The notes below the pieces were generated by a model, which saw nothing but the letters and a program-made list of their open reading frames with translations, made no database searches and had not been told where the DNA came from. A program made the position numbers and the translations under genes. From Girardia tigrina (taxonomy: Eukaryota): a stretch of DNA of 64,000 bases. Numbering within the stretch: position 1 is the first letter of the stretch; each line of letters opens with the position of its first letter. This document shows positions 1 to 12,400 of this stretch, one piece after another. Location of the stretch: assembly GCA_001938485.1 (NCBI GenBank), contig MQRK01241356.1, positions 43,554 through 107,553 of the forward strand, read 5' to 3'.

Positions 1-32
<32 letters not shown>
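1..32. repeat. (AT)n microsatellite
   Basis: Direct reading. Confidence 0.95.
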
Positions 33-39
<7 letters not shown>

Positions 40-494
40 GGAAATATTTATTGAGCTCTTATACATATTATAAAAAAGCAACTTTGAGGAACAAAAATTA
101 ATTTTTATAGCTATATGATAGGTAGATTTAATTAAGAGTTGCTGAATTGACTGTTGAGCATTGTTTGCATCTAGTATATAAATTGACTCTTGATTGTAGG
201 GGAAATACATGATGATGTTAGTTTATGCTATGAACTTCGACACACTAATTACATATTCGAATGATGTATTACTTGAATAATTACTTGAATTTTACCACAG
301 GTGATGCAATCTATTTTTAATTTGATCGTTGTTTTTTCTGTTTTTCGAAAGTACACTTCTGTTATCTCTAACTCTTCGAATACTTTGACACAATCTCTAA
401 TTAACCATTTTAATTCTTCTCTTCGATTATCGATTTCTTTTTCAAACTTCTCATTTTCTGAATTAATTTCTGACATGAGTTCATCGCAGACATG

Positions 495-905
495 TGGGAT
501 ATCGGATGTACCCATCTGGTAAAGCATAAAATACAGACAAAGGAGACCCAATTAATGTAAAGCTGTGCAGGCCGCCGATGTCTCGAAGAACAAATTAATG
601 AAGCGGTTCGCAACTTGTTCGAAAAAAATAAACAAAAAGTGTAATTCACTGTGAAGTGCACCTCTATTGTGCATGTAACAAATGAGAAGAACATTTAAAT
701 CTGTTTGGATTTTGTCAGTTCAATGTGGTTGCTGATAGACAAGCATTCCCAATGCTAAGCATTGATGAAATACTGGATTAATTATGTGGAGCAAAATATT
801 TCAGTTCTATCCGGTCTCAGAAACGCATCCTACCAAGTTAAGTTAGATGAGACTTTACAAGAAAAGACTTTCTTCAATCAAAGAAGAAGAATATTGTTTT
901 ACAAG
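495..905 (+). mobile_element. Decayed Ty3/Gypsy pol (RT N-terminus) fragment
   Basis: Frameshifted IGCTHLVKHKIQT, ICLDF, DRQAFPMLSIDEILD*LCGAKYFSSI, YQVKLDE...EKT. Confidence 0.7.
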
Positions 906-2033
906 GGTCTAACTTAGTGTAGCTGTATAATAAATATTGCTCTTGAATATATTATTTATTTTAAAATTTTATTTACTTTCTTATTCAATTTTGATTTCTA
1001 TCTTCATTAAAATAATAAATATTAAAGTTTGTTGTTTATATTTGAACGCTGCAAAAGTGCAAAAAGCACGAGGTCTTGTACACCAGTTGCAAAATCGTTT
1101 TAATGAGTCATTGATTCAAACAAACTAAAGGAATAATAAAAGCAATTTGGATTTTTGATTACTTATATTTATGTTTAAAAATAAAATAATTCTCTTTGAT
1201 GTCCTTTATTATTTTATTTTCTTACCTTTTTTGAAAACGATTTTCTTTTATCACAATATTTATTATTTATTTTTTCTCTTGACCTAACAACTCTAAAGTT
1301 TTAAATTTATTATCAAAATAAACTTTTGTCTCGTTTTTTTTGTTTTCAAAAGCATTCCTAAATATATTGAGTATTCAGGTTTTTGAAATTTGTAAAAACT
1401 TTTGATTCTAGGAAATTTATGGTATAAATTTCTTGGACTTATACATACTTGAGAAAAAATTTGGACTAAAGGCTTATTCAAGGTATGATTCAATCGAACG
1501 GAAACATTAATCGTACTAACAATTTGTCTGGTTACGCCATTCCGTATTGAAACATTGGCTATAAAGCATCATAAATTTTCCACCATAATAGTTCAGTCTG
1601 AGTACTCAAAAATTGTGACTCTTTAGAACTAAATTACAGAGTTTAATGAGAGTGGTCATTCGCTATGGAGCAAAAAACCGCAAACTCAAGTTTCCGTATC
1701 TTCATTTTCTTCACCAAAGTCAGCAAAGAGATTCAGTGCCTCCATCAAACAAGCAAAACATTATAAGTCCTACTATCTGCCGTTTGCTAGTGTCAATACA
1801 AGCGTCCTCAATAATCTCTGAAACCTAAACGTCTTCAAAATGACACGTAAATTACATTCAGCTAAGAGTATCCAATACCGATTCACTTTTCAACAGAATA
1901 CAAAAAAAACTCATGTTTTTTTAAGTGTCAATCATTTAACTTTATAATTATTTTAACACCTTCAATATGCATATTAATGTAAAACATAATGATTGTGTAA
2001 TCCATAGCTTGAAATCATGTAAATATAAAATTC

Positions 2034-2315
2034 TCAATAAGCTGGTTGAGACTGCCGATTGAACATTGATTTTAGGCAACGCGACGTAATTATCAATGCT
2101 TCACATGACACTCTCTCCCAATAACTATCAAAATGCCTACATAGAATTTTGAAATTATCAATATTAGCATCATATTTACATTTTTTTCTTATATTCTGAA
2201 ATATTATTCTTATTCTCTTTTCAACCATGTTCTTGAATTCGTTTACAAAAATGACAGACAGTCTCTCCATTGTATGTGGCATCGCACCCATTACATTTAT
2301 ATTTATAAACAATAT
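2034..2315 (-). mobile_element. Penelope-like element GIY-YIG endonuclease fragment
   Basis: Reverse strand reads IVYKYKCNGCDATYNGETVCHFCKRIQEH and NFKILCRHFDSYWERVSCEALII. Confidence 0.7.
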
Positions 2316-2947
2316 CAGAACAAAATGTTAAAGGTGTAATACATTTATTACTGAAAACATTTTAAATTTTAAGAGATCGTGATATAATATTTAAATTAAA
2401 TTCATTGTTAGTTGCTTTTAATAATGTAATTTTAAAGTTTTCAAATCCTTCAGAAAAAGGTACAATTAAGCGATAATTGATGCTTGTTCGGGATTCGAAC
2501 ATTTGAATTATTATTTTATAAATTAAATTATTATCATTATTTATATTATCAAAAGAAAATCAAATCAAATTGAAAAAAAGTTGAGCCTTTGACATTTTCT
2601 TGAAAAAACACTTTTTTGTTTATTTTTTGTAAAAATTTTGGTGTTTGAACAATGATTCGATTAAAAAATAAAATTTTTTTGATAAATGAATGAAATGAAA
2701 ATTACCTTGGTGTTGTTTAACTGAATTGTTAAAAATTAACTTGTAAAAACGATTGTTTGATTAATGACGAAAATAAATATAGTTACTTGACTTTCTGTAG
2801 ATAATTGTTCGAGAAAATAAATTTGCTTTGATCGATCGATTTTATTAAATTTAATTTTAAATCGTAACTCAATTTGAATAATTAATTCTAATCGTTTCTA
2901 TGGATTCTGATTTTCGCTTGACGACAAATTATTCGAAATCAAATTAA

Positions 2948-3242
2948 ATGGCGATAAACAATCGAAATATTAATAGTGAAATATGTTCAATGAGAATTAA
3001 TAATCAAATAAACGGTACAGTGTTTCTGTGTGATCAGCGAACGTCGGCGTTGGATGAAACTTACATTGATTTAAATAGAAAGCAAAATGCTTTTAGAGAA
3101 AATTATTCCAATAAGATTATTTTTTACAAAGCGAAATGTGAATTAATCAATTCAAAAATCGATACTGCAAAGGTTCAAATATTCTTTGAAAGATTCGAAA
3201 GATTTAACGACAAATCGAATTCGAAAAACGAAAACAGGATCG
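2948..3242 (+). CDS. Possible alternative first exon of the VKR gene
   Basis: ATG ORF in AT-rich DNA. The phase-1 donor G|GTATTA at 3242 can splice in frame to the AG at 3346. No signal peptide or recognisable domain. Confidence 0.3.
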
Positions 3243-3360
3243 GTATTATTTTTCATTCATTTCTCAATAAATGGGCCCAGCAATTCATCCACAGAATTTC
3301 CCTGCGCAACCCTTCTATCTCCGTCCGATTCTCGGGGCGACTTAAGGATCGGGCAGAACA

Positions 3361-3418
3361 ATGCATATTAAGCAAGATATTTTACATATTTTCGGGCTGT
3401 TGTTGATTGATTCAATAG
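3361..3418 (+). CDS. vkr: VKR exon: MHIKQDILHIFGLLLIDSI (VFT beta-1 strand or signal peptide)
   Basis: ATG with A at -3; strong donor ATAG|GTAAAA; phase 1 matches the next exon. Confidence 0.55.
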
Positions 3419-6400
3419 GTAAAAATTATTTATGAGATAAAAAGAACCCTGCGTATTTAAATACTTACTTTAAATTATCTTTGATTTAAATTTGTCGTGA
3501 TGTTAATGAACTTTTATGAAATTAAATTTTTTAAGGTTATCAGATTTTCATCTTCTTTGACAATTATAAAACCATAATTTTATAGATTTTATAAGTTATA
3601 TCCAGGTTATGTACCTGTGCTTATAAATAGCTATTCATTTACGTTGACGCATGAATTATAATCATTAAAATATTATGATCTAAATATTAAATCCGGATGT
3701 TGATTGCAAACTCCGTGTTTAGTCGTTCGATTGATGCGTTTCTTAATAAATCTACTTCTAATTATTTGTTAATGTTACCATTCGTCTTAACATGTTTCAT
3801 TCAACTTAATATAGAAAACTCTAAAACAATGAAGTTTATTATTATTTTTTAAAACACTTAATGGTATTATTTTTTAAGTCAGTCTCAATCGTGTTAGTGA
3901 CCTGAACAAGCGGTACTTTGAAAATTCGTGTTACGAGCTGGTTCTCGATATAAGAAATTTGTCATGCGTGGAAGACCTAGTGTTGAAGGAGTACCTACAA
4001 TATTCTTCAAGTAGTAATAGCTCAGCGATTGTTGTTGCTTATTTAGGTAGAACCTTTAAAAAAATGATCAATTGTGTATATAATTGTAGTATCATATTTC
4101 ATTAAAATGAACTTTAGTTTAAATGTTAACAAATTTTACTTTTATTTTTAAAAAATTATGAATTTATCTATTTATTTTTATTATTTAACTATTCGACCTT
4201 GTTTGTTTTGTAGAGTAACTTATAGATAATGTGTATATGCTCTAATGTCTGCTATATTGACATAACAATCTAGAGGATTCACGAGCAAATACCTTAAATA
4301 TATCCCGGAGTCAATAATATAATCTCCACAAGGTGTACTGAAACAATTTAGAATTTGAATTCTTGCGTTAAACTTATATCAGTTTATCAATTTACTCTTC
4401 TTTAAAATGTATTAAAATAAAGTTAATTATTATACTGTTTATCAATATCGAAGGAGACTAAAGAATAACTGATAAGTGTAACGGTACTAATCACTAGTCA
4501 CTTAAAACTCGATCCATAAATCGAAGAATCTGAGAATCAAAATTTTTAATGCTAAAATTTCTTAGTTGCTATTTAGTTAACTGAAATTCAAAATATTGCC
4601 AAAATCTGCTCTTTCAAAATTTGCTATTTCGGCGAGAATTTTTTATTTAGCAAGCTAGAGGAAGCGCACATTTCACAAGGGAAAAAAAGCACCTTGGTCG
4701 TTTTTGAAATTGTTTTATCACTCTACTGATAAGCAAATTATTATTTTTATGACAAAACTTAAAACTTTTTTTCATTTTATTAGAGAAACTAGTAAATCAA
4801 AAATTTTTTATAACCATTCTTTATGCTGACAGAACTCTACTTGACCAAGAGAATTTTTTGTTATCTTTTGTCGAAGAGAAAATTACTATTACATTTACTT
4901 TTTTGCGTAATATAAACTACTCATAATTTATAAGCAGATCTTTTTATATTAATATTGTCAAGGAACTCCGATTATGCCCTTTTGTCCCATTCTGGGACCT
5001 TAGAAAGTTTTTTTTATCAAAATTTCATATTAATTTCATTATTACCGATCCGATTTAACCGAGTTCGACTGTATTATTTATTGTCATCGAAAATGAGTAA
5101 GTAAAATTTGCAGAAAATTGATTCAGTAAAAAGCTTGAATCGATCAAGCAATTGAGGAGAAAATATCATGTAAAAAGTTTGTGAAGAAAAAGAAAAGGGA
5201 AACCATTATTGATATGTCTTGGGTATATGTTATTCTTCCAATTTTAAATTCGATGCTAAAATTCGATAACGCCCTAAATAGAAACTCTCAAATTGGACGA
5301 CAAATCCGAATACTTCTAAGTTTTCTCCTCCAAATGGAAACTAGGTCTTTACAGAAAAGCGAAGGTATCATTTACCAAAAGTTTCATGGCAGTGATTTGA
5401 AATGTTTTTAATAATCCATTTCGGAGGTGGTAGTGATGACATGGAACACAGGTCATCATAAGGGGGTTGTTGTTTTAATACATTTCGATACATCGTGTAA
5501 ACACGTGTCTTATACAAAAACCGAACTTTCTGAAAAAGCAGCAAAGACGATTGCTTGTGAGTTAGCACATTCTGATGATATAAATTGTTGTTTAACGACA
5601 ATAATGTACAAGAGTCTCGAGGAAATTGATGGATTTGTTAGTAGTCCAGGTTGAAAAAAAATAATCAATAGGAAAAATTAAACAATAAATCGATAATTCT
5701 CAAATAAAATATCAATATTTATAAGTGGGTACCAATAAATATCGATGACCAAACTGTACCAGGGTCTCGAGTGGATGATAAGTCGAATTAAGAAATCCTG
5801 AGAACGTTTTGCATTTTTTTTGAAAATATTGGTTTTTGTCATTCCATTAATTAATTGTGTCTTTCCAGCCAAGCTCTTAATATTATACGTATATGTGATT
5901 TGTGCATGAAGTCATGGATTAATTATTACACATAAGTTATTAACGAGGCTCAATTTTTATTGTTTCTTAATTCGTTTACAAATGAAACTGATTAATGTCA
6001 TTTTAATTGTAAATAGTGATTGTATTAGGTTGTTGCAAAAGCAATGCAGGTTTTCGAACCTAAACTTTAAACAAATGTAGCTAAGCACAGAATAAACTTT
6101 ATTATTCGAAATAAAAACCATCAGAATCAATACATTTTTACCAACTAGAAACAAGTTTATTGATGCACCTAGTGTAGAACTCCTGAGTGCTGGATGCAAC
6201 GAAAGCATTAAAATGCATCTTTGGCGTTGTCTTGGTTTTTGAAGCATTTTGCGATGTGTGGCCAGGTGTTGTCCTTGGAGGAGAATGGGCCCCTTCATAT
6301 TAACCAATCTCGGGCACATACGTCAGAGCTCGTGATGCATTTTGTCAATTTGTTGGCAGTACTTCTTTGCAGTGATCGTTTCACCCATATTCATAAGCTG

Positions 6401-9400
6401 TGATGGATGAGACGGCTGCAGATCACCAAATAGTTACCATAACCTTCTTTTGGTGGAGTTTCGGTTTCAGAATATAATGAGGAGCCTCATCGCTGTCCCA
6501 CCGTTACGCAAACGTTGCCGATTGTCTTAGTGAATCCACTTCTCATCACACGTCACAATCAGATCGAGAAACGGGTCGTTCTTGTTGCACAGAAGAAGCG
6601 CGGAAGACACTTCAAAACGACTATTTTTTTGACTTTCGTTCAATTCGTGAGGTACCCATTTATCGAGCTTTTTCGACTTTCCAATTTGCTTAAAGTGTCG
6701 AGCGACGTTTGAGGTATTAACGTTAAGCTCTTCTGTAAGAGCTCGAACAGTTGTGCGTGGATCAGCTTTCACCAGCTTCTTCAATTCGTCGTTGCCAATC
6801 GTCGATGGGCGGCTGCCATGAGGCTCATCTTCCAGGCTGGTATTGCTAGAGCGAAATTTTTGATACCAGCACTGCTCCGTGCATTCATTGACACTTCCCG
6901 CCCCCAAAACTTCGTTGGGGTTTAAAGCGGTTTGACATACATTACGTCCTAGTTTGAACTCGTAGAAGTAAATGTTGCAAAAATCACGTTTGACATCTGC
7001 AATTAAAATCTAAATTATTAAAAAAAGAAAAATTATAATAAGTTTTAAACAGATATATCTAAAAGAGTATAAATTAAGCTTTTAAATGACTCATAACATC
7101 ATACATTACATAATATCATACATGCTTTAGTCGTATAATATTACGGTAAATACAAAAAAATCAAAAACGTGCATTCCTTTTGCAACAACATAATAAACAA
7201 ATTATGAAAAAAGTTAATTCTAAATTCACTCTGACTAACTTGTTCTGATTGGTTACTCAATCAGAGCGAGTTAACTAACATTTGTCTAGATTTGAATTAA
7301 AAATCAATGCTCAATATATAATTTAAATTATTTTTTTTAATTTCTTTAATTTGATTTATTATTTTTTGGCGTTTCATATGTAACTAGGTGACTATTTAAT
7401 ATTCATTACTTTTAGCTGCTGTTTGCTCGGACTCTTTGGAATCTACATTAAAAGTCTCAACATTTCAAAAGCGTATCGTAGTTACATCTACAGCTGATTC
7501 TCCAAATTTTGGAAATGTCACTCAGTATAAATATTTTTTTCGCACAATTCCATCTATGCATCTGCAAAAGTAAATTTTGGTATTTTGAAGCTCACATTTT
7601 AAAATTATACTACAGAACATTGTTGTTAAGCACCTTTAGAGAATGGAACTGGAAGCAAATCGCTATTCTACGGAAAGATTCAATGTTTTTCGATGCAGAA
7701 TTTTTCGAAAAAAACGGTATAAAAGTCTTGGAAGATCTTAAACTTGATGAAAGTGTTTTAACATTTGCTACAGCATTTCAAGTATTGCATTTAAAATTTA
7801 TATGTTAATAATATTATTATTTGACAATTATTTGAACGGAAATATTATTCAATTGCTTTTTATAATTTTTGTTAGGGATCAATCGAATTTTAATACATTA
7901 AGTACCACATTTTTTTCTTAAAATTTTGCATAAAATTTACTTATTATGATGAATTTTTATCAAATAGTACCTCCAAATATGTTTTTAAAAACCAGTTCCT
8001 CAAATATTTTGTTTTTTAAATAAAGTCCCATTTGGGGATTATGGTACTGCGGAGTTGAACCAACAAATGAAACCAATCATTTTTTATTTTGAATAATAAT
8101 CATAATTACAAGTATTTGAAAAGGATTTAGTATTTATAATGTAAAAATTAATGCAAGTAATGATGCTAATAGAATGCATACAGTAATGATTCTAATAGAA
8201 TAATAATACTAGTAGATAACTTCCTGTAAACTCATGCAACATCAGAAAAAGTAATAAAAATTGACTGATCCCCATTTGGGCCTAGGTTACTTAATGTGTT
8301 AAAAAATAAATTACATGTTTCAATTTAATTTTTACTTCAAGTAAGTGTTCTTTTGTAGATTCGCTGCAGCAAATATTTCGCTCTATTCTGATCATTACTA
8401 GCAATAAGGGCGGTCATTGCTTCTGTTGATACATATATTTTATGTTTTTTTTATGTTTTACATAAATTTTATGTCATCAAGTTTCTGAAAAAGTTTGTGA
8501 ATTGTATTTAGAAACAGATTTTTCTACAAATTATCTATCACCCTCAAGGTAATGAAAGAATCTTGCATTAAACCCCTTCATATTTATTGTTTAATCGTTA
8601 TTATTAAAAAAATATTATTTGCATGGGCGTATTTTTTATGTAAATATGTGAAATTATTCAAAATGTCATCTCGTCAAATAATGTATTTAGAAAATTCAAA
8701 TTTAATTTTATAATTTCTAAAATTAAAAAACAAGCTACATTCAAAATCATAAAATCTAATATTAAATGTATAAGAAAAAGGTAATTTAAAATTACAGAAA
8801 ACAAAACATTTTTTCCGATTTTTTTGATTCCATTAATTAATTGTGTCTTTCCAGTCCAGCTCTTAATATTATACGTATATGTGTTTTGTACATGCAATCA
8901 TGGGTTAATTATAACACATGAGTTATTAACGAGGCTCAATTTTTATTGTTCGTTTACAAATGAAACTGATTAATGTCATTTTAATTGTAAATAGTGATGT
9001 ATTAGGTTGTTGCAAAAGCAATGCAGGTTTTCGAACCAAAACTTTAAACAAATGTAGCTCAGCACAGAATAAACTTCATTAATCGAAATAAAAACCATCA
9101 GCATCAATACATTTTTACCAACTAGAAACAAGTTTATTTATGCATCTAGTGTAGAACTCCTGAGTTCTGGATGCAATGAAAGCATTAAATGCATTTTTGG
9201 TGTCATCTGGGTTTTTGAAGCATTTTTCCTGGAGTAAGTTGTCCAGATGCTTGAAAAATGTCTAAAAATTCAAAAGAATAATTTTAAAATCACACACTAA
9301 ACACTAACATATATTCCATTAATATTGTCGGTTCCAAAACACCAACAACACCGATTCATGCTTCAGAGACGTTCAACATTTGATTTGGCGATGTGCAAAT

Positions 9401-12400
9401 TCATGAAGAAGTCATCATTTAGTAAATTCTCTCTAAATCATCTGTGATGTATTTCAAACATTTCGATACAAACAGTTGTAATATGATATTGCAACAGCTA
9501 AAAAGATGGTCATTCATTTCACCATGCGGAAATTCGAGATCAAATCTTGAACAAACTTTGTGCGTTCTACAATCTTTAAGTATTGTCTCAGTCACAAAAT
9601 ATAGAAATATGTTGAATAACACAAAAATTGAATTCGGATATATTTCTTTCTCTGTATGGTATTGTTTTTTTTCTGGAAACGGAAATCTAGATATTTTGAT
9701 GAACATATGAATGAAACCCGTAAAATTTTATTTTAAACAATTATTTAAAAAAATCCGATGAATTTTGTACATAATTTGAGGTAATTTTAAGATTCAAATA
9801 TTCATAACAATCTACTGATCAACTTACTTCATAGTTTGTTTTTTATTACAATTTTCAGACGTCCTTGATGACTTAGTTTGGTTATTCAGTCCTTTATTTA
9901 AACATTTAAGTAAATTGTCACATTATATTCCGTTTCCCCCATGTTTATAATTTCTGTCAAAAGAAAAAAGATTAAAATGTTATTCTATTCTGTAGGCTCT
10001 AAAAAGAATTCGTGATCAAAAGAATGGTCGAATCTTTATTGTAGAATATTTTGAAGAAGCCACGAGACTGATAATGTGCGCTGCTTATAAGTTACAAATG
10101 ACACTTGAAAATGGATTCGTTTGGCTTTTGAATCCATGGATGAGTATTAATTGGAATCAACACCGAACAGATAATTGTACAAAAGAAGAAATTATAAATG
10201 TTACAAAATCTCATTTTATCCTGGCACATAGGGGTCTGATCACTTATGGGGATTATAGAATCTTAGATAACGAGTTTAGATTTTTTTGAGTGTCAAAAAA
10301 ATTTGAAAATAATTTCATTAAGGAACAGTCAAGATTTGGATAAACCAATTAATCAAAATCCATTTGCAGTATTTACTGTCGAAGCTATTGAAAAGATTGG
10401 AATTGCTATAGACAAATTATTGAAAGAAAATCCCAGTGCTCTTTCCGTTCTTCACACCAATGATGTAGCTCAGTAATCATTAGATTTGATTTTTTACTAT
10501 TTATATTTTGTGTTATATTATTTTACTTTATTTAGGATATTTTGAAAAGGAGACATTTCAAACTTTAATCTTTAAGTTTGAAGACTTCCAAACCTCTAGA
10601 TTTTCTTTTGAGTTCTAGAACCTATTTCTGAGGAATATTTTGAATGTTTGATGTTTTGTGTTTGAATGTTATATGTTGATTTATAATTGTGTCTCTCCTA
10701 CCCAGATGGATGATTAATATTTTAATTCGTATTATCTAAAAATATGTAATGTTTAAATTTTTTTCTAATTTAATATAATTGTAAAATTTTAAATAAGTTA
10801 ATTAATTTCATTTACAATTTTTAATAAATAAATCAAATGAATATTTTTTTAAATTAATCATTTTAATTTTTATCCAATAAGTTTTGAGTAAATATTTTAA
10901 CAAATTATTTACATCACCATTTGCTAAAAATAATAAGATTAAGTTCATTAATCAATTAGTTAGAATGCAATCATACGAAAGCTTCGACAAAGATTGTCTT
11001 AACTTGTTATGTTAATAAAAATATGAAAAGTCAAATTAGTGTTCTTAATACTATTCATTAATTTAATAAGTTTTTATTTGTAAACAAAATGTGAAAAGTT
11101 CGTCAGTAGAGCTAACAATTCAACGGAACTCAACGAAAAGATGATAAATAGAAAAATAGATGATTTAAATTTACTCTGAAAAAGCAAAAAAATATAAATG
11201 CAAATCCCTTTATCTTATATGAAAATTTGAAAAAGTAGTAAATAATAGGAACTAGTTATTTATAAGTTAACTTCAATCTACTCAACCATATGAATGCGAT
11301 ACTTTTCATATGGAATAACCTTAGCTTTAATCTAGTGTTAAATCAGTAATATTTAAAATACCTAATTTTCCTACTTTGACTTTTTATAATATTTGGGATC
11401 CTTGGACTTCTTTGTCTCCTGCTCTCTTCCATACCATATCATGATGCAGGCGCTGAAGCGAGTGGAGAAATCCTGGTGATCCAAAATAGAAAAATAAATG
11501 AATAATAATTAGTTATTTGTAGTGATAGTTAAATAAAAAAGAGAAACTTTAAATTGATTATGAACCTTGATTCCGATAATTTGAATATTTTCATGTATTA
11601 ATTTGATCGGATGACCTGGTGTGCTCACGTGGGTTTGATCTGAATTTGGTAGTCTCCAGGTGGTTTCCATCTGATGACGATTGAATAGGTGTAGGATGGT
11701 TAAATGGTGTTCGTGAGAATTGTCCAGTTATTGGTTTGCGATTTTTTGTTACGAAAGAACAGTACAAATTCTTGTAAACTTGTGCACAATTTAATATTAT
11801 TTATTTTTATGGAATAAATTTTAATAAAGATCTACGATATGTTTGAAGGAAAAATGAGTTTAAACTCTTTGGTTTGAGTAAAATAATATTTTCAATTAAT
11901 TCAATAGAGCTTCTACTTCTGGTAAAATGGGACGATTTAAGAATTTCAAATTCTCCGAATTAACGTTAATGTTTTGAACTCAAGTTGGTTTAGTAACTGA
12001 TTATTGGAGCCTGAGACATCTTTTTTGGATATTTAGTAAATTATTGACACAAATATTAGTTATGCGGAAATATGATGCTAATTTTTCTGGAATGAAATTT
12101 GTGCTTCTTTTGAAATAGCTGGCCTTCGATTTGCCCCGTCCCTAAATTTGACAATGAATAAAAGTATATATACAATTTCCTTAAACTCATTATTTGATAT
12201 CATAATTGACAAAGGAAAATTATTAAAATTAAGGACTTATTTTAAAAAACTTTTGATATTAATTAACCTTCACTCTGTGCATTGAAAATTTTCCGGCGTC
12301 TGTGCATAGGGGTCAATCGTACCCCATATACATTTTGATATATTTTGTAAGGAAAACTAACAAAATTTTAGTTTTTATTAAAATTTTTATTAATTATAAT

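Noticed and set aside
5044-5654. Possible VKR exon or Tigger remnant
   Set aside because: The VFT joins 4046 to 7416 without it; pogo-like traces are too decayed to call.
10536-10620. Candidate extra VKR exon after tttag
   Set aside because: The required phase hits TGA at once; 10472 splices in frame to 14145.
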